From positions 576,001 to 640,000 of the forward strand of contig OZ243916.1 in assembly GCA_965213675.1 (NCBI GenBank): 64,000 bases of DNA. The letters are read 5' to 3'. A program made the position numbers and the translations under genes. Source of the stretch: an uncultured Candidatus Binatia bacterium (GTDB lineage Bacteria > Desulfobacterota > Binatia > UBA9968 > JAJDTQ01). This document shows positions 48,089 through 56,698 of this stretch, piece after piece; position 1 is the stretch's first letter; every line of letters starts with the position of its first letter. The notes under the pieces were generated by a model. That model had not been told where the DNA came from and did not search any database. It worked only from the letters and a program-made list of their open reading frames with translations.

Positions 48089-49089
48089 TGATCGCAGGAA
48101 TCAAGAGGTTTCGTCTGCTGGCGCTGGCCGCAGGTCTGTTCCTGGCCGTGCCGGGGCTGTCCGTGCCGGCTCTGAGCGCCGATCTTCCCGTGGTGGATTT
48201 CGGCCTGCCCTCCGGCGGCGTATTCGGCCTGGGCGGCCAGTACATGATCGACAAGAAGCTGGACCGCAAGCACGGCTTCATCGCCAAGCCGCGCTGGGGC
48301 GGCGTGGCCAACGTCGAACGCCTCATTGCCATCGGCGCCATCCCCGTGGGGCTGGCTACGGTGGAGTCCGCGCTGCGCGCCAACATCAAGGGCATCCCCC
48401 TCAAGCTGGTGCAGCCCTACATGAGGACCATGCACAACTACCTTCTGGTGCGCAAGGACTCGCCCTACAAGACCATTGCCGACCTCAAGGGCAAGTCCAT
48501 CGCCGTGCCGCGGGAAGTCACGTCGGCCTACAACCTGTTCGACTTCATGATGAGGAAGCAGGGCGTCTCCATCGAGAAGGACTTCCAACTCAAGAAACTG
48601 GGCGCCGCGGGCATCATCGCGGTGATGGAGAAGGGCGAGGTGGAAGCCGCGCTGCACTGGGAGGCTCACGTGACGCGGATGCTGGCCACGGGGAAATACC
48701 GCTCCATCGCCAAGCTGGGTGACGTGATTACCCAGGTCCTGAACAAGGACATCCACATGTTCGGCTGGGTGGGCGCGCAGGAGGCCTGGGCCAAGAAGAA
48801 CCCCGGAGTCGTCGGGAAGATTCGCGCCGCGTGGCAGGAAATGATCGCCGGCGTCCAGAACGACCCCGAGCACTTCCGCAAGTACGCCAAGAAGATCTTC
48901 GGCCTTGAGGGCAAGGATGTCGTGGACCTGGGCTACGAGCGGGTCCGGCCCTTCCTGCTGCCGGCGGACTTCAAGTGGCCCAACCCCGAGAGCCTCGCCA
49001 ACCAGAAGCAGTACCTGAAGGACGGCGTGGCCCTGGGGATCTTCCCCAAGGAGGCCGAGGCGCAGATCGACGGCCTGTTCGTGCCGTAG
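48085..49089 (+). CDS. ABC transporter substrate-binding protein (SsuA/NMT1-like)
   Basis: Signal peptide; LLVRKDSPYKTIADLKGKSIA, GEVEAAL-WE. Confidence 0.85.
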   Translation: MMIAGIKRFRLLALAAGLFLAVPGLSVPALSADLPVVDFGLPSGGVFGLGGQYMIDKKLDRKHGFIAKPRWGGVANVERLIAIGAIPVGLATVESALRANIKGIPLKLVQPYMRTMHNYLLVRKDSPYKTIADLKGKSIAVPREVTSAYNLFDFMMRKQGVSIEKDFQLKKLGAAGIIAVMEKGEVEAALHWEAHVTRMLATGKYRSIAKLGDVITQVLNKDIHMFGWVGAQEAWAKKNPGVVGKIRAAWQEMIAGVQNDPEHFRKYAKKIFGLEGKDVVDLGYERVRPFLLPADFKWPNPESLANQKQYLKDGVALGIFPKEAEAQIDGLFVP

Positions 49090-49162
49090 GCATTTGCGCG
49101 GCAAGCGGCGCTGGACCAGCACCGGGGTCCATGAGTCCCGCCGAGCGCCGACAGCGTGTTGG

Positions 49163-49194
49163 ACCGGGGAGATGCCCGCATCTCCCCGGTTTCT
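49163..49194 (+). terminator. Putative intrinsic terminator after the ABC operon
   Basis: ACCGGGGAGATGC-CC-GCATCTCCCCGGT perfect inverted repeat followed by TTCT (short U tail). Confidence 0.5.
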
Positions 49195-49266
49195 GCATCA
49201 GGCGCCGGTGAAGCGGGCGGCGAACCGGTCCGGAAGGGCGTTCCCGAGCCGCGCGTGGACGCGGCG

Positions 49267-49296
49267 TTGACATTCCCCGGAGCATGCGCCTAACTT
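49267..49296 (+). promoter_or_regulatory. Sigma70-type promoter of fbp
   Basis: TTGACA-N18-TAACTT upstream of GGGAG RBS and ATG 49329. Confidence 0.55.
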
Positions 49297-49328
49297 GACG
49301 GCACACCGCACGTCAGGGAGTCGAGACC

Positions 49329-50321
49329 ATGACCGCAGGGATCACACTGAGCCGCCATCTTGTCCAAGAGGGGGGCTGGCGCGCCGACGGAGCGCGGGAT
49401 CTGCTTGGGCTGCTGGAGCCGCTGGCTCTGGCCGGGAAGATGCTGGCGCGGGAAATCGATCAGGCGGCCCTGGCGGGCACGCTGGGTTCGGCGGGCGGGG
49501 CCAACGCCACCGGGGACATGCAGAAGAAGCTCGATGTCATCGGCAACGACATCGTCATGGACGCCTTTTCAGGATCGACGGTGGTGGCGGGCATAGCCTC
49601 CGAGGAGCTGGACGAGCCGGTGGTGACGAGCACGTCCGACGAGGCGCGCTATCTCCTGTGCACGGACCCTCTGGACGGTTCGTCCAACACCGACGTCAAC
49701 GCGCCCCTGGGAACCATCTTCGGCATTCTGCGCCGTCACCGGCAGGGGGAACTGTCCGGCGAGGAGTTCCTGCGCCCGGGCTCGGAGTTGGTGTGCGCCG
49801 GCTATGTGCTCTACGGCGCCAGCACGTTGCTGGTGTACACGGTGGGCGCGGGGGTCCACGGCTTCACCCTCGACCGCGGGGTGGGCGAGTTCGTGCTGTC
49901 TCACCCGGACATCCGCTGTCCGGCGGCGGGCAAGATATACAGCGCCAACGTCGGACGCCACAAGGAGTGGGGCGCGGGGGTGCGGAAGTACCTGGACCAC
50001 GTCACCGAGAAGGACAAGCCCAGCGGCCGGCCCCATTCACTGCGTTATACGGGAGCGTTGGTGGCGGATCTGCACCGCTGCCTGCTGGACGGCGGCATGT
50101 ATCTCTACCCCGGTGATCCGGGGAGCCCCAACGGCAAGCTCCGGCTGCTCTACGAGTGCGCGCCGCTGGCGTGCGTGGCGGAGCAGGCCGGGGGCGCGGC
50201 CACCACCGGGAGCGGGCGCGTACTGGACGTGGCGCCGGACGCGGTCCACCAGCGCACTCCCATTGCCATCGGCAGCGCGGACAACGTCGCCCTGTTTGAA
50301 CGGTTCATGGCGGAAGACTGA
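49329..50321 (+). CDS. fbp: Class 1 fructose-1,6-bisphosphatase
   Basis: QKKLDV, ASEE, DPLDGSSN, GTIF, RYTGALVAD-HR, GKLRLLYE, QRTP. Confidence 0.95.
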   Translation: MTAGITLSRHLVQEGGWRADGARDLLGLLEPLALAGKMLAREIDQAALAGTLGSAGGANATGDMQKKLDVIGNDIVMDAFSGSTVVAGIASEELDEPVVTSTSDEARYLLCTDPLDGSSNTDVNAPLGTIFGILRRHRQGELSGEEFLRPGSELVCAGYVLYGASTLLVYTVGAGVHGFTLDRGVGEFVLSHPDIRCPAAGKIYSANVGRHKEWGAGVRKYLDHVTEKDKPSGRPHSLRYTGALVADLHRCLLDGGMYLYPGDPGSPNGKLRLLYECAPLACVAEQAGGAATTGSGRVLDVAPDAVHQRTPIAIGSADNVALFERFMAED

Positions 50322-50348
50322 TTCCGCGCCAGCCTCGCGTTCCGCAAG

Positions 50349-50370
50349 TTCCCGCGGCGCGGGAATGTCG
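50349..50370. repeat. REP-like half element between fbp and fbaB
   Basis: TTCCCGCGGCGCGGGAATGTCG resembles the right arm of the REP at 19693-19716. Confidence 0.45.
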
Positions 50371-50400
50371 CCGCCGGACGCGACACCAGGAGGATGCGTG

Positions 50401-51324
50401 ATGACCGAAAGAGTGCGAGAGGTATTGGGCTGGTACGGCAGCGACAACCCCGGCACCCTGACCAACCTGGCCCGGATCCTGAACCACGGCCGTCTCGGCG
50501 GCACCGGCAAGTTCGTGATCCTGCCGGTGGACCAGGGCTTCGAGCACGGCCCGGCGCGAAGCTTCGCCCCCAATCCGGCCGGCTATGACCCGCGCTATCA
50601 CTTCAAGCTGGCCCTGGACGCGGGCTGCAACGCCTACGCCGCGCCGCTGGGCTTTCTCGAAGCCGGCGCGCGGGAGTTTGCCGGAGAGATACCGCTCATC
50701 CTCAAGGTCAACAACCACGACCTGCTGAACGATGAACCGGACCCCACCCAGGCGGTGACTTCCAGCGTGGAGGACGCCTTGCGCCTGGGTTGCGCCGCCG
50801 TGGGTTTCACCATCTATCCTGGTTCCGCGCACCGCTTCGGCATGTACGCGCAGATACGCGACATCGCCCGGGAGGCCAAGCGCAACGGGCTGGCGGTGGT
50901 GATGTGGTCCTACCCGCGGGGGTCGGGGCTCAGCAAGGCCGGCGAGGCGGCCGTCGACGTGTGCGCCTACGCCGCGCAGATCGCCGCCCAGCTCGGCGCC
51001 CACATCATCAAGATCAAGTTTCCCGGCGCGAACATCGAACAGGACGCCGCGCGCAAGGTCTACGAGAAGGAGGGCGTCGCCATCGCCGAGCCCGCGGATC
51101 GCATCCGCCACGTGGTGCAATCGGCCTTCGACGGCCGCCGCATCGTCATCTTCTCCGGCGGCCCCGCCACCACCGACGACGCGCTTCTGGCGGAGATCCG
51201 GGCCATCCACCAGGGCGGCGGCTTTGGTTCCATCATCGGCCGCAATTCCTTCCAGCGCAGCAAGCCCGACGCCATGACCCTGCTCGACAAGGTCATGCGC
51301 ATCTACGCGAGCGAGGAGGACTGA
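50401..51324 (+). CDS. fbaB: Class I (DhnA-type) fructose-bisphosphate aldolase
   Basis: ILPVDQGFEHGP, VGFTIYPGS, WSYPRG, GAHIIKIK (Schiff-base Lys), GSIIGRNSFQR. Confidence 0.93.
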   Translation: MTERVREVLGWYGSDNPGTLTNLARILNHGRLGGTGKFVILPVDQGFEHGPARSFAPNPAGYDPRYHFKLALDAGCNAYAAPLGFLEAGAREFAGEIPLILKVNNHDLLNDEPDPTQAVTSSVEDALRLGCAAVGFTIYPGSAHRFGMYAQIRDIAREAKRNGLAVVMWSYPRGSGLSKAGEAAVDVCAYAAQIAAQLGAHIIKIKFPGANIEQDAARKVYEKEGVAIAEPADRIRHVVQSAFDGRRIVIFSGGPATTDDALLAEIRAIHQGGGFGSIIGRNSFQRSKPDAMTLLDKVMRIYASEED

Positions 51325-51462
51325 GCGGGTTCGTAAACCCCTCGCGTGGGATTCCAGCCAGAACGTGGGGCGACCGCCGGTCGCCCCTGCCAGTCATGGC
51401 GCCTTGCCGACGACAAACTGCGCCCGCATGACTTGCTGTCACGCTACCTTGGGCGCGATCTG

Positions 51463-52878
51463 CTACGCCGCCGGTCTCACCCGGTCCGCCAGTTTGCCGA
51501 TCACTTGACGGACCTGGTCGAGGGCCTTGGCGAGGTCGGCGAATTCATCCGTGGAGGACACGGTGATCTTGCCGCCGATCTGACCTTGTCCCATGCGTCG
51601 CACCCGGTCGGTCAGCGCCAGCACGGGCGCGAGCACCCATTTGCCGAACAACCAGTGCAGCAACAGCGTCGCCAGCAGCAGCGAAGCGCAGACACCGACT
51701 CCGAGCGCGAAAATGCCGGACAGCCAATTCTGTGGCGCCGGCGGCTCCAACGTACCCGGCACGGCGGTCAAACCGCTCAGATTCGGAGCATCCACAACGA
51801 CCATCCAGTCGAAACCGGTAAATCCCTCAGCCACCTGAGCGTAGACGTCCGGGCTCCCCGTGCGCGCGAACGCCACCAGATGACTGGACGCCGCCGAGCC
51901 GCCCTCGTGGTCCATCCTTTCGGCAACGAACGCTCCGGAACGGTCGCCTTCGTATGCCGGTTTCAGGTGACGGAGGGGCTCGCTTGACAGCAGGTTGACT
52001 TCGGGCCGCATGATCCGGCCGCGAGCATGTCCGGAACGCGTTTCCGCAATCAGTTGTCCGCTGGTGGTTGCCACCAGCAGGTGGGTATCGACCTCCACCT
52101 GGTCCGCCGGTGCGGGCGCGCCATTGTCCGGGGCGGCCGACACCTCGGGATGCAGGAGCTGGCCGGGGGCGGAAAGCCGCCGCGCCACATGATCGGCGAA
52201 CAACTGAACGAAGCGTGTCGAGACCACGGCTTTCATCACGCCGACAGGGTCACGAGTGTCCGGGTCGTGGATGCGCACCGAAAGGTCCAGTGACCAAACG
52301 CCGGCGGACTCGTCGAACTCGATCTCGCCGACGGAAAACCCCGACGACCACGCCCGCTGCCACCACGCCTCGTCGGACTGCACGAAGTCCGACGTCGGGT
52401 TCGTCAGCGCCACGTTGTACCCTTGACGATCGGTGAAGAAGACCTCCGCGAAGTGAGGGGACGACTTGATCTGTTCGCGCATGTAGGCCTCGGCATCCGG
52501 CGCGAGTCCCAAGGTTTTGCTGATGCGGAACTGGTCTTCGACCTGCTGAATGGCCATGGTGTCCAGGCCCTGTTTCGCGTGCGCGTCGCGCGCCCGTCGT
52601 ACCGCCGCCACCACCACCGGGGACGCCGCCCAGACCTGGGCTTCACCGATCCGGTCGATCATGAACCTGTCAATGGACTCCACCAGGCCCGAAGCGGCCT
52701 CGGTGAGTTTCAGCGCGTCACCGCGCAAGGCAAGAGACGCAAGCGCGGCCGACGGCCGCTCCCGCGCGGCGGCCGCGTCCTTCCACAGGAAGTAGCCGTA
52801 TCCGAGCAAGGCCACCACTGGCATCCAGACGAATGCGAATACGGCCAATCCAAAACGAACTCCAAGGGAACGATTCAT
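51463..52878 (-). CDS. Membrane sensor with dCache-type extracytoplasmic domain and HAMP, no output domain
   Basis: TM1, EVFFTDRQGYNVA..TSDFVQSDE-WWQ, FDESAG, TM2, PVLALT...DEFADLAKALDQVR, stop about 15 aa later. Confidence 0.8.
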   Translation of the reverse strand: MNRSLGVRFGLAVFAFVWMPVVALLGYGYFLWKDAAAARERPSAALASLALRGDALKLTEAASGLVESIDRFMIDRIGEAQVWAASPVVVAAVRRARDAHAKQGLDTMAIQQVEDQFRISKTLGLAPDAEAYMREQIKSSPHFAEVFFTDRQGYNVALTNPTSDFVQSDEAWWQRAWSSGFSVGEIEFDESAGVWSLDLSVRIHDPDTRDPVGVMKAVVSTRFVQLFADHVARRLSAPGQLLHPEVSAAPDNGAPAPADQVEVDTHLLVATTSGQLIAETRSGHARGRIMRPEVNLLSSEPLRHLKPAYEGDRSGAFVAERMDHEGGSAASSHLVAFARTGSPDVYAQVAEGFTGFDWMVVVDAPNLSGLTAVPGTLEPPAPQNWLSGIFALGVGVCASLLLATLLLHWLFGKWVLAPVLALTDRVRRMGQGQIGGKITVSSTDEFADLAKALDQVRQVIGKLADRVRPAA

Positions 52879-53396
52879 GCGAAGTATACCTCCTGATGCC
52901 GGGCGACGGCCTGCCGCCCAAGCCTTTCGACGCGCGCACGTTGATGTTTCACCCAACGGTTCGGCGTACCTCAAGCTCGCGCACGAGAGGCTTCCGACCG
53001 GTGGCTCGATTCATACGACCGGCCACGGAACGCTTGCTGTTCAGCCCTGTTGTTGAGTCCGCACTTGACCCGGAGGATCCGGGTTTTCCATGCTAAAAAC
53101 AGACACGACTGCCATAGCACAGCCTGTCGCGAATTTGTAGTCCTTCACGCCGATCAGTTTGCACAAAGTTTGCACAAAAAACGATGACGATGATTCTGGG
53201 CGATGCCCCGTTGGACAGGCAGCAGTCTGCATCCAGGGAGCAGGCTCCTCGCCATGCCCGGCGCCGTAATCACCGGAGGCCAGGCGGGTTGGCCCAAAGG
53301 GGAAAAACTGAAAGCGGAAGCGCTTCAAGAAGCGCGGCGACGCCGCCGGCCCGCGCGGCTTGCGGCTGGTGAAGGCGTGTGCTAACCGTGGCCTGC

Positions 53397-53555
53397 ATGC
53401 CTCTTCAGAGAACCATGGAAATCAAGCGCCGCCGTCGACGCCGGAAGAGTCTGGCAAAGTTGCGAGCGGAACTTCAGGCTGCCCGCACCCCCCAGGCGCG
53501 GGCCAAGTTGCTGGACAAGGCCTTCAGGATTTCCCCGACGGCCGTTCTGGAGTAG
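53397..53555 (+). CDS. Small basic protein, 52 aa (DUF6800-like); below the ORF-track cutoff
   Basis: Manual translation MPLQRTMEIKRRRRRRKSLAKLRAELQAARTPQARAKLLDKAFRISPTAVLE*. Confidence 0.6.
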   Translation: MPLQRTMEIKRRRRRRKSLAKLRAELQAARTPQARAKLLDKAFRISPTAVLE

Positions 53556-53580
53556 TCTTCAGGCTTCCCGGAGTTTCCGC

Positions 53581-55026
53581 TCAGAACGGTTCCACCACCC
53601 GGTAGCTCCTGCTTTTGGGCCTCACCGGAGCGAGTATTCCCATCTTCACCAGGCCGCGGATGTCGCGGTAAGCGGTGTCGCGATCCACGTCGGCGATGCG
53701 CTGGTAGTCCGCGGTGGACAGGGCCTTGCCGTGGGACAGGGCGTACACCAGCAGCCGTTGCTGCCGCGGGCCGAGCCGCGAGCGGTCGAAACGGTCCAGC
53801 CACTTCAGCGTCTCGTCGTCATAGATGGGGGTATTGCGCAGGGTCACGGTGAAGAAGAAGCCCTCCTCGCCGAAGTCCGGCGGATGCAGCGCGTTCTGTT
53901 CCATCTGCTGGAACATGCGCGGCACCCCTTCGCCGATCTCACGCATATAGCCCAGATCGGAGAGCGCGCGCACCAGCAAGGGATTGCGCGAGAAATGCAC
54001 ACGTTCCTGCCGCTTCAGGTGATTCAGGGTGACGGGCGCGGGCAGGGAGCCCGGGCTGCGCACCTCCAGGCGGTCGTCGAACATCCATACTTCGATTCCC
54101 GCGCCGGAAAGGGAGTAGTCGCGATGAGCGACCGCGTTCACCAGCGCCTCCTGCCATGCGAACGAAGGGTATTCCAGGTGTTCCTTGAAAAACAGGTCGT
54201 GCAACACCATGCGCTCGCGAATATGCTCCTTGATGCGGCCCACCGCCTCATCGATGAGCACCCACAGCGGCTGCTCGATGCGCACCCGCCGGACCACGTT
54301 CAAGGACTCGCCGTAGCCTCGTTCCGTGCCCTCGTACTTGACGAAGTCAATGCCGCAGCGTGGATGCCATTGTGACGGCTCCTTGGCGAGCAGCAACAAG
54401 GCGGCCATGGAAATTTCCGGCCGGTCCGCCGATCCGCCCACGAGGTGGTACGGCCGCGCCAGCGTCGCGCGCGGGTGCGTGGGCGCCCCCACGCGTTCGT
54501 TGAAGGATTCCAGGGAGACCGGATCCAGATCGTCCCACGTGGCGCGGTCGATACGCTGCCGTTCGAAGGAATACGACAACCTGGCTTCTTTCAGCCGCCG
54601 GATCTGCTCGGGGGGGACCGCGGGATTCTCCGAGGCCACACGATAGAAGGTTCGGCCGCTGGCCACGCGGCGCACTTCGAGGCCCGGCGTCACTTCGAAC
54701 CGGAGCAGCAGCAGGTTGCCGAGGTCGATGCGCTCGTACAGCGGATCGAGGGGCGGGTTGAGCAGTCTCCGCGGGACTTCGCTGAGCTCGCGGATCTCGT
54801 CTTCCGAGTAGGGCAGGCCGGTGAGGCTCTTGTCGGGCTCGACGCCCACAAGCAAGACGCCGCCGTCGGCGTTGGCCATGCCGCCGAGTAGACGCGCGAT
54901 CTCGCGCGCGAGGTCACGGGGCCGCTTGGTCTGGGTGCCGCGCTTCTTTGGATCGTAGGCGCTGGCGAATTCGAGGAACTGGCCCCGTTCTTCCTTCAGC
55001 AGCGTTTCAAGTTCGCGTCCAGCCAT
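53581..55026 (-). CDS. AlbA_2 (Schlafen-like) + HATPase_c_4 + wHTH protein (often annotated RecG-like ATP-binding)
   Basis: MANADGGVLLVGV, YP...QEALVNAVAHRDYS, DDRLEVRSPG, SRNP, EIGEGVPRM, C-terminal HTH TAYRDIRGLV. Confidence 0.88.
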   Translation of the reverse strand: MAGRELETLLKEERGQFLEFASAYDPKKRGTQTKRPRDLAREIARLLGGMANADGGVLLVGVEPDKSLTGLPYSEDEIRELSEVPRRLLNPPLDPLYERIDLGNLLLLRFEVTPGLEVRRVASGRTFYRVASENPAVPPEQIRRLKEARLSYSFERQRIDRATWDDLDPVSLESFNERVGAPTHPRATLARPYHLVGGSADRPEISMAALLLLAKEPSQWHPRCGIDFVKYEGTERGYGESLNVVRRVRIEQPLWVLIDEAVGRIKEHIRERMVLHDLFFKEHLEYPSFAWQEALVNAVAHRDYSLSGAGIEVWMFDDRLEVRSPGSLPAPVTLNHLKRQERVHFSRNPLLVRALSDLGYMREIGEGVPRMFQQMEQNALHPPDFGEEGFFFTVTLRNTPIYDDETLKWLDRFDRSRLGPRQQRLLVYALSHGKALSTADYQRIADVDRDTAYRDIRGLVKMGILAPVRPKSRSYRVVEPF

Positions 55027-55137
55027 GATCGTCGATGGGGTGGGTCGGAACCATTCTCTCGCCTTGCCTGGCGTGGGGCGAAACCGTCGCCGCGGCGCGT
55101 TCCCCAGGCGCCCGCCCGCGTACCCGACGCACCCGAT

Positions 55138-56289
55138 TCACCGGGCGCCGTCGCCTTCGAGCCGCAAGACCTCGTGGATGATTCGCGCCGCGGACACGAG
55201 ATCGTTTACGTCCAGCCATTCGTGCACCGTGTGGATATCGCGCATGCCGCTGGCGAGGTTGGCGACCTGGAGACCGCGCCGGTTGAAAACGTTGGCGTCG
55301 CAGCCGCCGCCCTTGGCCACGGTGTCGACGGCGAAACCGAGGTTGCGCGCGGCCTCGTGCACGCGCCGGACGATGGGGGTGTCGTGGGGCACGTCCATGC
55401 GGTCGTATTCGCGCACGATCCGGGCCTCCACCCGAGCTTCGCGCAAGCGGCCGTCCACTTGCACCGCGGCCTCCGCCGCCGCCTGCCGCAGACACGCCTG
55501 CATCGCCTGTGTCTGCCGTTGGAGCTTGGTCTCGTCGTGGCTGCGAACTTCGCCTTCAAGCGCCACCCGATTGGGCACAATGTTCACCGCGGCGCCGCCG
55601 CTCACCAGGCCGATATTGGCGGTGGTCTCATCGTCGATGCGTCCCAGCGGCATGGCCGCGACGCCTTGGGCCGCCACCTGAATCGCGCTGATGCCGCGTT
55701 CGGGACAGATGCCGGCGTGGGCCTCGAGGCCGTGGACCACGAATTCCAGGCGGTTCACCGCGGGCGCCTTGGTGATCAGGAACCCCACCGAGTCGCTGTC
55801 GAGCACGAGACCGGTTCTTGCGCGCAGGAGCCCCAGATCGAGATGTTTGGCCCCCAGGAGCCCCACCTCTTCGCAGATGGTGAAGACCACGTCGATGTCG
55901 CCGTGGGGGACGTCCTCTTCGGCCAGCGCCTCGATCACCTCCAGGATGATGGCGATGCCGCTCTTGTCGTCGCCGCCGAGGACCGTCCGCCCGTCGCTCC
56001 GGATGACGTCGCCCTCCACCACGGGCGCCACGCCTTCGCCGGGCGCCACCGTGTCCATGTGCGCGGACAGGAGCATGGGTTCGGCCCCGCGGGCGGCGCC
56101 GTCGAAGCGCGCGACAAGGTTCCCGGTCTCGCCGTTGACCGCGGCGCCGGCGTCGTCCGTGAATACCGTGCCCCCCAGAGACAGGAGGATCTCCTTCAGG
56201 CGCGCCGCGATGGCCCCTTCGCGGCGTGACAGGCTGTCGATCCGAACCAGCTCCAGAACGCGTTCCTTGAGCCGCGTTTTGTCAATCAA
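55138..56289 (-). CDS. M20/M25/M40 metallopeptidase (PepT-like tripeptidase)
   Basis: AHMDTV, LGGDDKSG, EEVGLLG, AHAG..PERG, GGGCDAN, IHT; TTG start after GGAG. Confidence 0.9.
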   Translation of the reverse strand: MIDKTRLKERVLELVRIDSLSRREGAIAARLKEILLSLGGTVFTDDAGAAVNGETGNLVARFDGAARGAEPMLLSAHMDTVAPGEGVAPVVEGDVIRSDGRTVLGGDDKSGIAIILEVIEALAEEDVPHGDIDVVFTICEEVGLLGAKHLDLGLLRARTGLVLDSDSVGFLITKAPAVNRLEFVVHGLEAHAGICPERGISAIQVAAQGVAAMPLGRIDDETTANIGLVSGGAAVNIVPNRVALEGEVRSHDETKLQRQTQAMQACLRQAAAEAAVQVDGRLREARVEARIVREYDRMDVPHDTPIVRRVHEAARNLGFAVDTVAKGGGCDANVFNRRGLQVANLASGMRDIHTVHEWLDVNDLVSAARIIHEVLRLEGDGAR

Positions 56290-56698
56290 CGAAACATCTC
56301 CTTCGAATCCGTCTGCGCCGCGGTCGGCGCAAGCGCCTTCGGTGAACGGCCCGCCGCGCGGCCCGCGCGCGGCGCCGCAGTCTACTATAAGGAAACTCGG
56401 AACAATTGCCACAGGAACGATGGCGTCCTCCGGCTCTGCGCCCCTGAGGAAGGCGCGTCCCTGCGGCGACCGGGTCGTCTCGGGGTCGTAGTCCAATGGG
56501 CGGGGCGATGTCCACCGCCTGCGCGCCCCATCGGTTGTCATCGCTATTCAAGGGGGCGCCGGGCCGGGTTCACGCCGGTTGGAGCGACCGGAGCCCTTTG
56601 GTATCATGCGCGTTGATTTGGCGGGTCCGTGGGCCGGACCGACGAATCGCGAGCTTCCGAGTGACTAACACTCCGAGTGCCTGATGGAGGAGGTTGCC

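Noticed and set aside
49329-51324. Calvin-cycle (cbb) cluster
   Set aside because: Only fbp and a class I aldolase are present, with no RuBisCO or phosphoribulokinase; gluconeogenesis explains them.
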